Shown here piece after piece: positions 38,220 through 46,756 of a stretch of DNA of 64,000 bases. Location of the stretch: IMG/VR virus record IMGVR_UViG_3300033145_002663, positions 28,470 through 92,469 of that record, one strand, 5' to 3'. Under the pieces are notes generated by a model. That model was given only the letters and a program-made list of their open reading frames with translations. It ran no database searches and was not told the origin of the DNA. The stretch's first letter is position 1. Each line of letters opens with the position of its first letter. The position numbers and the translations under genes are program-made. The DNA is from a virus.

Positions 38220-38870
38220 AATTCAGCCCGGATGTTACCATCCAGTATGTGGCCGGAGAAAATATCCAACCGCCCAATATTAACCCACTATGAGCACGGA
38301 CTGACCTTTTAGCGTGTTTCAGCTCACGGAGGATCTTTCATCCACAGTCATTGGCCAGACATAGACCGCATTTCTAACCGTTAGCGTGGTAGGCACACGG
38401 AGGGACTTTGCCCCACAGTCAGCCCGCTGTTTGTGAGGGGATCAGAGGACTACCACCCCACCAATCAAAAATACCAGGATAACCGATTGGCAAATTATCC
38501 ATCCTGCAATCTGTGCGCATAGAAGGCGCACCGCTCGATCCGTATTTCAGGCTCCCTTGCGACCATGATGTTACAGGACGGCATATCGGTCGCATTGGTA
38601 TATCCAAGTGTTAGCGTCATGGCAGTTGGGCTTTATTCAGCCCGCAGCTCCGCAATACAGCATCCCGGCTCCGTGGCTTAATAATCAAGCTCACAAAATA
38701 TGCCGATCACACGTTACGGCAATCAAGCCATAGTTGATGAAGGGCATCCTATACACAGCGAGCCTCAAGCCGTGTGTAGGATCTTAGCCAATGAGTTTTA
38801 TGGGCGACAAGCTGACTGGCAGGTTAGGCCGCCAGGATGAGGCCGGTTGCTCTATGGCCGTTCAAGTTGT
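38220..38870 (-). ncRNA. Candidate large structured RNA (unassigned family)
   Basis: No credible ORF, GC-rich, more than 10 hairpins with G-U pairs and a GUAA tetraloop on the minus strand, duplicated junction module with compensatory changes. Confidence 0.55.
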
Positions 38871-38875
38871 TCGGG

Positions 38876-38917
38876 TGTCCAGAAAGTGAACACCACTGTC
38901 CAGAAAGTGAACACCAC
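38876..38917 (+). repeat. Perfect 21-bp tandem repeat x2
   Basis: TGTCCAGAAAGTGAACACCAC twice. Confidence 0.95.
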
Positions 38918-39153
38918 TGTCTCAAGTTAAAATGATACATTTATGTCCCGAATAATCTGATACAGTTTTGTATCGGTGAGACATGTCTCAAGTTATACAC
39001 ACTTGTGTCTCAAATTATTGAGGCAGAAGTGTATCAGCATAATGAGACAGGTGTCTCGGATTAGATGAAACAATAGTGTCTCAATTAAAATGAGACGGTT
39101 TGAAATAAATCATCTTTAAAATAGTGTCTTAAAAATTAATGAGACACTATTTT
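38918..39153. repeat. Array of TGTCTCA-N6/8-TGAGACA dyads
   Basis: Seven dyads starting 38918, 38944, 39006, 39030, 39052, 39077, 39125 plus half sites at 38969-38990. Confidence 0.85.
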
Positions 39154-39437
39154 AGAAAAAATTTATTAAATAATCGGTTTTGCCTGAAAATTTTTCAGGG
39201 TTTCAATGTTAACAAGTTTTTTTGTTCTGAAAACTTTTGACTTTGATTTACGAATAACGGTTACTTTTTTACGGTTCATAAAACACCTATTTTTTAAAGG
39301 TTAAATATCTTTTCAAATATATAGACGTTTCAAATTCAAAAAAATTACAAAAAAGATTTATACTGATATTTAATTAATTATCAATAGGTTATAATGATTT
39401 ATTAATAAACTGATAAAAATAAATAGAAAAATAATGT

Positions 39438-39465
39438 TTGACAAGATTAATCATACATATAGAAT
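39438..39465 (+). promoter_or_regulatory. Strong sigma70 promoter
   Basis: TTGACA-16-TAGAAT with A-rich UP region. Confidence 0.7.
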
Positions 39466-39507
39466 GTATATCAATATCAACCATTAAATAGAAAGGAAGG
39501 TGTAACC

Positions 39508-40845
39508 ATGCAATTAGTTATTAAGGAAGCATACAACCCAGAAAGTAAAGAGTATGAACCAAAAGTTTTTGACAAGAGGGATTTATACAACCCAGAACCA
39601 AAAACAGAAAAGGAAGGTGTAACCATGCAAACAAAACAACTATTAAGGCTGTATTCACAAAAAATGAGTCAGTTCCAAAAATTGAGATTGCAGGATACAA
39701 AAGGCATAAGTCAAAAACAGATAATCATGCAAGATATTTTGAATGAAAGTATGATTAAATTACTTGCATTATCTGAAAAGGAAACCATTAAAAATGTTGA
39801 ACATCTTTTTAATAAGACGTTACGCAATACCACTATTGATAAAATGAGATCGTTTGAAACGTCTGAAAACATCATTGAATTTTTTGACTCATACAATGAT
39901 ATTGAAAAGAGTACGGATTTCACGCAATACAATAATTACAAAGGACTATTAAAACACGTTTTGAAAAAACTTAAAAAGAAAGTCAATAAAAAACTTTTTG
40001 TCCTGTATCATGTCAAAGGTATGAGTCAAAAAGAAATTGCTTTAAAATTATATCCAAATTTAACAGAAAATAATGCAAGGGTTAAAACTAACAGAACCAT
40101 AAAAGCATTGAATCAAAAATTATACCGAATGAAGTTAAAAAATCTTTACAGAACTGAATTTGCTACACCTTGCACGACACAGGATAAAAAACTTCCAAAA
40201 TACAAAGATCATACACCCAGTAACGCAGTAAAAATAAAACGTGAATACGGACCTTTTAAAGGGCAAGTGGCATACCTTTACAAGTCTGATCTGCTTGACA
40301 AGGAAACTTTTGACAAGGAAACCTTTGATAATAACTTAAAACTTGCTAATAATAGAGGATATTTGGCAACTAAAACAAGTCAAGGTTATACAAGTGATAA
40401 CCATATAACATACGATTTCACAAAGTACGCTGGGATTGCAGTTAAAAATAACTTTTATATAAATCATTCTTTTACAAGTACGCCTTTTGGAGTGAAGGCC
40501 ATACCTTTAGTTAATAGCATAAGCACTTATAAAAAGTGGGTAACAGATAACCTTTATGAAAAGAGTATGATATTTAAAAAACAAGACGTTACTGTCAAGG
40601 GTTATGATCGAATAGGTTGTTTGTACTCGAATAATCAGGCAAGTATTGACAAGTTTTATAATCAGGTTACACCTAAAAGGATTGTAATTAAAACAATTAA
40701 CAAGGGTTATCTGCTTTATAGCCATAAGATTTCAAAGGATATAACCCTGACTCATAACAAAACAAAAGAACATTACACGGTAACCATACCAAATAGTCAA
40801 AGGGTTGTTGAATCAACTAACTTTAAATTGAGATATGCGGAATAG
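39508..40845 (+). CDS. ECF-type sigma factor with long C-terminal extension
   Basis: Region 2 QDILNESMIKLL...LFNKTLRNTTIDKMR; region 4 LFVLYHVKGMSQKEIALKL...NARVKTNRTIKAL. Confidence 0.7.
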   Translation: MQLVIKEAYNPESKEYEPKVFDKRDLYNPEPKTEKEGVTMQTKQLLRLYSQKMSQFQKLRLQDTKGISQKQIIMQDILNESMIKLLALSEKETIKNVEHLFNKTLRNTTIDKMRSFETSENIIEFFDSYNDIEKSTDFTQYNNYKGLLKHVLKKLKKKVNKKLFVLYHVKGMSQKEIALKLYPNLTENNARVKTNRTIKALNQKLYRMKLKNLYRTEFATPCTTQDKKLPKYKDHTPSNAVKIKREYGPFKGQVAYLYKSDLLDKETFDKETFDNNLKLANNRGYLATKTSQGYTSDNHITYDFTKYAGIAVKNNFYINHSFTSTPFGVKAIPLVNSISTYKKWVTDNLYEKSMIFKKQDVTVKGYDRIGCLYSNNQASIDKFYNQVTPKRIVIKTINKGYLLYSHKISKDITLTHNKTKEHYTVTIPNSQRVVESTNFKLRYAE

Positions 40846-40863
40846 ATAAAAACAACTGATTTA

Positions 40864-40898
40864 AAAGGCCCGGTTATCTGATAACCGGGCTTTTTTTG
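40864..40898 (+). terminator. Intrinsic terminator
   Basis: GCCCGGTTATC-T-GATAACCGGGC dyad then T7. Confidence 0.9.
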
Positions 40899-40904
40899 TT
40901 TTGT

Positions 40905-40998
40905 CTGCTCTGCTCTGCTCTGCTCTGCTCTGCTCTGCTGCTCTGCTCTGCTGCTCTGCTCTGCTGCTCTGCTCTGCTCTGCTCTGCTCTGCTGCTCT
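40905..40998 (+). repeat. CTGCT/CTG microsatellite
   Basis: ~94 bp of CTGCT and CTG units with no adenine on the + strand. Confidence 0.95.
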
Positions 40999-41031
40999 AA
41001 TCAAAAGAAAATTAACTATTGAATATCATAC

Positions 41032-41325
41032 TATGCAGTTATTGCATAGGTGGGTAACGGTGGGTAACGTTACCTTGTGGTAACGGTAACGGTTGGGTAA
41101 CGTTGCTGGTACGGTTGGTATTGACGACAGGCGTACTATGCAGAAACTGCCTACCTGTTCAATAACTGAACAGGAAGGTGTTAAGAAACTGAACAGGCAA
41201 CTGTTAAGAAACTGAACAGGCAGTAATTGTATACTTATAAGTCTTTATGGCCTATAAAGTCTTATTATCACTAATAAAATGGATAAGTGTTAAGTAATTG
41301 AACACCCCTGTTCAAATCTTAAACA
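41032..41325. repeat. Palindrome and short-repeat cluster upstream of TerS (candidate packaging or terminus region)
   Basis: TGTT(C/A)A-N5-T(G/A)AACA at 41156, 41179, 41202, 41288, 41309; TATGCA-N5-TGC(A/C)TA x2; GGTAACG x5. Confidence 0.8.
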
Positions 41326-41431
41326 CCCCCCCCGGCTCTTTTGAGGTGTGGGGACATGACCATAAATTGTCACATCATTTTGCTTCACGCGATAACCCTC
41401 TTTTCGCACAGTTTGCTTCCAGAACCTCGCC

Positions 41432-41476
41432 AAAGTTCAAAAATGAATTGACAAATAGTAAAAAATAAAGCATACT
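41432..41476 (+). promoter_or_regulatory. Late promoter with upstream operator
   Basis: GTTCA-AAAA-TGAAT then TTGACA-17-CATACT. Confidence 0.55.
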
Positions 41477-41537
41477 CGACGAGATTTTATTTAAAAATAA
41501 ACAATTCTCCCCCTATAATAAGTCTTTGTGAAGAAAA

Positions 41538-42098
41538 ATGACCCTTGATCGTGCCAGAATTGGAGAGCTTAATCTCTCAAAAGGAAGTTTAAACAGCGAT
41601 ATTCAGATTAATATCTGGGATAAAGTAAAAGTTTGTACCGGTATTCACTGTAAGTTTGCCCTCCTTTGTCCATATAAGTGTTCCGAGCAAGAGCCCAAGG
41701 GTGAGGCCGCCTGTTTGATAGAGAGGAAATATCTCACAGCCAACCTTGAACCTTTCATGCAGCTTTTAGAGCGCGCCAACGATCAATTCCTAATGCAATG
41801 GGTTGGCATGCACTTGATCCCGTTATACTACGATTTGTGTCAGCTCAAGATGGAGAAGCTGCTCATCGGCGATGAAATCATTTATGATGATTCCAAAGGC
41901 CAGAAGCGTATCCACCCGATCTTTGAGGAGATCCGCAAGGTCCATAGAGAGATCTTCGCCATTTGGAGAACCACGGGTTTAAAGAAGATCGCCGAGGACG
42001 CCGGCTTTTTCCAGCAGGGCGGTACGATTATCCCGGACCGTGACCCGGACATCCACGGCACCGGCGCTGACTATGACGATATGGCCAGGGGAGCGTGA
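41538..42098 (+). CDS. Putative terminase small subunit
   Basis: First late gene; G.KRIHP.F motif reminiscent of P27-family TerS; N-terminal Cys cluster. Confidence 0.5.
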   Translation: MTLDRARIGELNLSKGSLNSDIQINIWDKVKVCTGIHCKFALLCPYKCSEQEPKGEAACLIERKYLTANLEPFMQLLERANDQFLMQWVGMHLIPLYYDLCQLKMEKLLIGDEIIYDDSKGQKRIHPIFEEIRKVHREIFAIWRTTGLKKIAEDAGFFQQGGTIIPDRDPDIHGTGADYDDMARGA

Positions 42099-42289
42099 GC
42101 ATGGATTTTGAAGAAAACATACTACGTGTGTTGACTGTGGAAGAATCAGCTTACATGCCCGAGCTGACCGAGTTTAATCCTGTGGGCATCATGGAAGTTC
42201 AGGCCCGGGACATTGCCAGGCGCAACAATCTTCGAATTACGAGAGGAAAATTATCTACCGGTGACACACTTTTTAAATTCCGTCGGTGA
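42095..42289 (+). CDS. Hypothetical protein
   Basis: Coupled ORF. Confidence 0.5.
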   Translation: MSMDFEENILRVLTVEESAYMPELTEFNPVGIMEVQARDIARRNNLRITRGKLSTGDTLFKFRR

Positions 42290-42807
42290 TCTGCAACCAC
42301 TGTGGTTGCGAAACATACACTATTTTTATTACCCGCCACCACGATCATGTTTGTTACAAATGTTACAGCGAGGTGAGAGGCATGTTTATTCCGGAAGGTT
42401 TTGAGCTGTACGAGTTGTTCCCGCCCGAGATTTTTCGCTCCTACCAACCCCTGACATTGTGGGGAGTCTTTGACGATCGGTTGAAAATTACCATGGATCG
42501 GCTCCGGAAGCGGTACGGACCGATGGTTGCTAATGATTGGTACTGGGGTGGTGCGAATCAGTATCGGGGGTGGCGTCCCTGGGATTGTAAAATCGGCGCG
42601 GAATTGAGCCAGCACAAGTTTGGCAGGGCCATTGATTTAAAACCTGTGAAGGAGAGTGTTGATAAGGTTCGTGCCGATGTTTTAGCCGATCCGTGGAATG
42701 ATGATTTTAGATACATCACCTGTATAGAGATGGAGGTGCCATGGTTACACATCGACACAAGAAATCGAGACAAAGCAAAGTATGGTATTTTGTTGGTTTA
42801 TCCTTAA
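42286..42807 (+). CDS. Peptidase M15-family endolysin
   Basis: RG.R, SQHKFGRAID, WLHIDTR Zn ligands. Confidence 0.85.
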   Translation: MICNHCGCETYTIFITRHHDHVCYKCYSEVRGMFIPEGFELYELFPPEIFRSYQPLTLWGVFDDRLKITMDRLRKRYGPMVANDWYWGGANQYRGWRPWDCKIGAELSQHKFGRAIDLKPVKESVDKVRADVLADPWNDDFRYITCIEMEVPWLHIDTRNRDKAKYGILLVYP

Positions 42808-43115
42808 TATTTTTACTGATTGCGGGTTCAGCTTTGGCCGAGCGGTATATTGTTGCGACTGCATTTGATACTGAGGCATTGCACTCTGGTTGGTCTAACG
42901 AGGTTGTGTGGTTCGGAGGTGGTTCTTCGATTACTTTGGAATGGAGTGCAAACAGCGAGGTTGATCTCAGGGGGTATGGGGTGTGGTGTAGTTATAATCC
43001 CGGTGAGGATTATATGCCCTCTAAAAGTGTATCCTGCCCTGCCAATGATAGTTCCTGTTGTACTTTAACAATATCGGTAGACGAACCAACTAACATTCAA
43101 TTGAAAGGAGAGTAA
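42741..43115 (+). CDS. Exported Fn3-like protein (permuted; start uncertain)
   Basis: Hydrophobic LSLIFLLIAGSALA; TAFD...SGWSNEV and TLEWSANSEVDLRGY motifs. Confidence 0.55.
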   Translation: MVTHRHKKSRQSKVWYFVGLSLIFLLIAGSALAERYIVATAFDTEALHSGWSNEVVWFGGGSSITLEWSANSEVDLRGYGVWCSYNPGEDYMPSKSVSCPANDSSCCTLTISVDEPTNIQLKGE

Positions 43116-43117
43116 AA

Positions 43118-43459
43118 ATGAAAAAGGTTATTTTTTTGGTGATTTTTGGAGTAGTTGTTTTTAGTGCTGTTTGTTTTGCGAAGCCGTTTATTATAACGGA
43201 ACCGACGTCTTCGGATGTGACAGAGTACGCCGTGGAGATTGACGGTGTTGTAACTCCTGTTGCCCCGGAAATTTTAGGGGACGGCACGGCAAGGTTGCAT
43301 TATGATCTGGCTCCCCTTGGGTTATCTTCTGGAAATCATACAGTTAAGATTAAAGAGATCAACAATTTATGGGATCTGGAGAGTTCCCCTGTCCCTTTCG
43401 ACTTCAGCAAGCCTGCAAGCCTCACCGGCCCTGCAGGTATCGGATTAAGTGCCGAATGA
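43118..43459 (+). CDS. Exported Ig/Fn3-like small protein
   Basis: Signal peptide MKKVIFLVIFGVVVFSAVCFA; L..G.HTV.I...N.W..ES. Confidence 0.7.
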   Translation: MKKVIFLVIFGVVVFSAVCFAKPFIITEPTSSDVTEYAVEIDGVVTPVAPEILGDGTARLHYDLAPLGLSSGNHTVKIKEINNLWDLESSPVPFDFSKPASLTGPAGIGLSAE

Positions 43460-43948
43460 AAGACTATATTTATTTTGATGTCAACAGGTTGATTTATCCT
43501 TAAAGGTAAGATTTTAAAAATTCACTGGGATGGTCGCTGGAACATTTCCATTGAGCGGGTGAAAAAGTCATTTTTAGATTACGACGAGCTGCGCTCATGG
43601 CTGATTGCTATTTCCGGCAAGGTTCGGGATCCCGCGAAGAAACAGTTGTTGTTAAAGGACATGAGAAATCTATGATTGCGTTAACTTGGGATGATGCCTC
43701 TGATTGTACCAGGGTTGTTGGTACCGCCTTGCAAAAGAGTTCGAAGATTTTGCCGAAGCCTTGCAAGAAGCCATAGTTTTAAATCGTGTGCAGGCCCAGG
43801 CGGTGCTTGGAAATTTTGAACCCATCGCAATCCCGGTAATAATCAGTTTGCAGACCCGCAAAATTAATCGCCGGAACAGATACAAGCGGTATATTTCGGT
43901 ACGGTTAATTATTTTAATGATCGCACTTATTTTAATGTTTTAGGGAGA

Positions 43949-44257
43949 ATGAATTTTATGGACAAAATGGAAGCAGTGACAAAAGTATCACAATTTAGTG
44001 ATTTTTCATTGCGTGTTTTAAAACATATCAACGAATACGTAGTGCCTCAATATGGCAACTTTCCGGATAAAACTATTGCCAAATTTACGCCGGAGAAAAT
44101 TCAGGGAAAGTTGGAAGCATACGTTGACCGGATTGGTAAAAGCAGCCGTGGTCCCGAAGATGCAAAAAGAGACTGTCTGAAGATCGCCCATTTTGCGTGC
44201 TACCTGTATGCGATTTTAGAAAAGGGGGATGCACAAGCGGATTTATTTATTTTGTAG
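43949..44257 (+). CDS. Small helical protein (DUF3310-like)
   Basis: Y..R.GK......RD.LKIAHFA. Confidence 0.55.
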   Translation: MNFMDKMEAVTKVSQFSDFSLRVLKHINEYVVPQYGNFPDKTIAKFTPEKIQGKLEAYVDRIGKSSRGPEDAKRDCLKIAHFACYLYAILEKGDAQADLFIL

Positions 44258-44357
44258 GGAGGAAAAAAATGCAAGATTTAATTTTATTGCTTACGTTGGC
44301 CGTGCTGGTCTGCGCATTAATCATCAATGCGCCCGGACAACACTACAGTTTGAATAG

Positions 44358-44429
44358 TCGATTAAGGCTGGAAATCGCCCGATGGAATTTGGTTCCTCGA
44401 TTAAGGCTGGAAATCGCCCGATGGAATTT
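44358..44429 (+). repeat. 33-bp direct repeat x2 (39-bp period) within a small membrane ORF
   Basis: TCGATTAAGGCTGGAAATCGCCCGATGGAATTT twice. Confidence 0.95.
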
Positions 44430-44452
44430 TTTACACGAGCATTATCCGCACC

Positions 44453-46375
44453 GTGGCTGGTAAAAAATCATACGCTGCATACCGGAAGGGCGCTGACGGT
44501 CTGATTTTATGGGCTGAAGATTGTGTCTGGGTTTCTATCTATCCCGTTGGCTCCGAATTTGCGGTCTGGGTTCCGCTGGGTTCCGCGAACCTGCCCGATA
44601 CTATTATTTGTCCGGAGACCGGGCAGCCGTATTGTGAGATGTGGTGCAAGGTGAATCCGGAGACCGGGCGGTCGTACCAGTATATGTGGGAAAAACAGAA
44701 GGAGGTGTTGCGGGAAGCCCTGGTTATGGAGGGAGGTAAGTTCCGGTACCGGCTGATTGTGTTATGTTGGCCCCGGGGAGAGGGTAAATCTTTTTTAGCG
44801 GTTTTAATTTTAAAGTGGAAGTGGCATTGCTGGCCGAAACAGGATATCCGGTTGTGCGCGAACAGTAAAGAGCAGACCGGTCATGCGCATTTAAGCATTG
44901 CCAAAGACATGATTTTAAACTCTCCCAAGCTGTTAAAGAGTGTCGGCAAGAAAAATATTTTAGAAAAAGAGATTCGAAGGAGGGACTCCCGGGGGAATGT
45001 GGTAAGCAAGCTGGAGATTATTTCTTCAGCGAGCGGTATTTTCAGCAATATTAACGGGTACGCTTTTTCCGAAATATTTGAGCTCAAGAATCGCACGTTC
45101 TGGGACAAGGTTGACGGCAATATTCGTAATGTTCCGAACGCATTCGGCGTGATTGATTCCACGGTTTCTTCAAAAGAGCACCTGCTGTATATTTTATACG
45201 ATGGGTTTGTTAAGGGTGAAGATCCGCTCACATATTTTTCATATCGTTGCTCCGAGAAACTGGACTATCGTGATTACTGGCATCCGAACCAGACCCAGGC
45301 TCAGTTAAATTCGTACAAGTCCAAACAGCCGCTGACTTACGCTAAGCAGTTCAAGAATTTATGGAGTGCCGGCGCCGAGAAGATTTTCTCTGCCGATCAG
45401 GTCGAGGCCATGAATTACATGGGTGCCGAGGGAGTTGTGGATCATCGGAGGGTAATAGAGCTGATTCAGCGCAAGCACCAGATTATCGACAGCGAATCCG
45501 GGCCCGTGTCCAGGGGTGTCGAGGTTTACAACCAGGATCTGGAGATCAACCATGTGGAATCATTGCTGTGGCCGGTAAACGATATTTATTCTTTGGTTCC
45601 CACCCATACCGGGTCTGTCATGGCATCGCACGAAGTGCTGGATGTTCTGGGCGACATGTTTGATACCGAGTGGGCCGTGATTGCCGGGATTGACCGTGCC
45701 CAGCCGTTTAAGCGTCGAACCGATGCCCGCACGATTTATGTTGCCATGGCCAAAGGTTTGGTAGGTAGCCGTAGCAATCCGGATGTTGGTATTATTCCGC
45801 CGGCACCGTCATTGGAGATCAAGGGTTCCGGTGAGTATATGATGCGAGGTCCGGCATATATTTATTTTTATTTGCAGATCGCGGATATTATCGATCACTC
45901 CCTGGAAGGTTTGAAGGATGAGATTTTATTGACGCACGAAGAATTTGACGGTATTGACACGATTGGTTCCGAGACGTGGGGTGTGTTTGATTTAAAGCCC
46001 TGGGCCGAGACGATTGATGTTGAGGTGAACTTGTGGCAGCCGACTTATGCCCGGCAGCTGGGGGCATTCACCGAATTGTTCACCCTGGTTAATGATGGGA
46101 GATTAAAGACCCCGCCTGTCTCGATTGTCGGCGCGAAAGAGGGCGATATTGTTAATGAGGAGATGAATAATTTTGATCACGATGATGATATTCGCTGGTT
46201 TGGGAGTCCTGAAAAGAACGCCAAGGGCGGTATTCAGGACGACGTTGTTTATGCCACGGGCTGGTGTATTTATGGGGGCCGCGAATTAACCATCCATAAT
46301 TTTAGGCCGAGGCTGAAATCCATGTTTACAGGGACGATTATTCAACCGACCGGTTTATTGGGGGATTGGGGATAA
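44453..46375 (+). CDS. terL: Terminase large subunit
   Basis: WEKQ adenine motif, PRGEGKS Walker A, ANSKEQ, GIDRA and QDDVVYA nuclease residues. Confidence 0.88.
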   Translation: MAGKKSYAAYRKGADGLILWAEDCVWVSIYPVGSEFAVWVPLGSANLPDTIICPETGQPYCEMWCKVNPETGRSYQYMWEKQKEVLREALVMEGGKFRYRLIVLCWPRGEGKSFLAVLILKWKWHCWPKQDIRLCANSKEQTGHAHLSIAKDMILNSPKLLKSVGKKNILEKEIRRRDSRGNVVSKLEIISSASGIFSNINGYAFSEIFELKNRTFWDKVDGNIRNVPNAFGVIDSTVSSKEHLLYILYDGFVKGEDPLTYFSYRCSEKLDYRDYWHPNQTQAQLNSYKSKQPLTYAKQFKNLWSAGAEKIFSADQVEAMNYMGAEGVVDHRRVIELIQRKHQIIDSESGPVSRGVEVYNQDLEINHVESLLWPVNDIYSLVPTHTGSVMASHEVLDVLGDMFDTEWAVIAGIDRAQPFKRRTDARTIYVAMAKGLVGSRSNPDVGIIPPAPSLEIKGSGEYMMRGPAYIYFYLQIADIIDHSLEGLKDEILLTHEEFDGIDTIGSETWGVFDLKPWAETIDVEVNLWQPTYARQLGAFTELFTLVNDGRLKTPPVSIVGAKEGDIVNEEMNNFDHDDDIRWFGSPEKNAKGGIQDDVVYATGWCIYGGRELTIHNFRPRLKSMFTGTIIQPTGLLGDWG

Positions 46376-46667
46376 AAAAAGGAGGAATTTTTTATGGATG
46401 AACGTGTAAAGCTTTATTTTGAATATGTTAATGTTGTTATTGACATGAATCGGGTTGCAAATGGTGGTTGTCGCGTCCGATGATGTAATTGAACAGTTTA
46501 TAAAATGGCGCGCACTGGCCATGGCCGGGGATATATCCGGCAAAGAGAATATTGTTAGGGTATTTGCAGATGTTGTTTTTGCCATGCGCAAGGATATTAT
46601 GGGTGAAACCAAGAGAAAATCTGATGATGTTATGGATATTCTTTTTTGAATAAAAGTCACAAATAAA

Positions 46668-46696
46668 CTTGACAAGTTTAATTATGAACAGTAAGC
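46668..46696 (+). promoter_or_regulatory. Promoter with operator in spacer
   Basis: TTGACA-AGTTTAATTATGAACAG-TAAGCT. Confidence 0.65.
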
Positions 46697-46756
46697 TTAG
46701 TTTTAATATTTTTTTGTAGCCTTAAAAATCTATAAACCTTAAAAAGGAGATGAAAA

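Noticed and set aside
38296-38426. Assignment to pistol, hatchet, twister-sister or c-di-nucleotide riboswitches
   Set aside because: Only short word matches; required pseudoknots and conserved cores not found by eye
38004-38607. Short ORFs 38004-38219 and 38419-38607 as real genes
   Set aside because: No SD or recognisable motifs, and they overlap the hairpins and terminator
38876-39153. CRISPR array
   Set aside because: Units are degenerate abutting dyads with no 30-40 nt unique spacers; no cas genes
40901-41083. 60-aa LLCSA-repeat ORF
   Set aside because: Translation of the microsatellite, TTG start, no SD
44358-44429. Mini-CRISPR from a 33-bp repeat
   Set aside because: Only 6 nt between copies; an in-frame tandem duplication (RLRLEIARWN x2)
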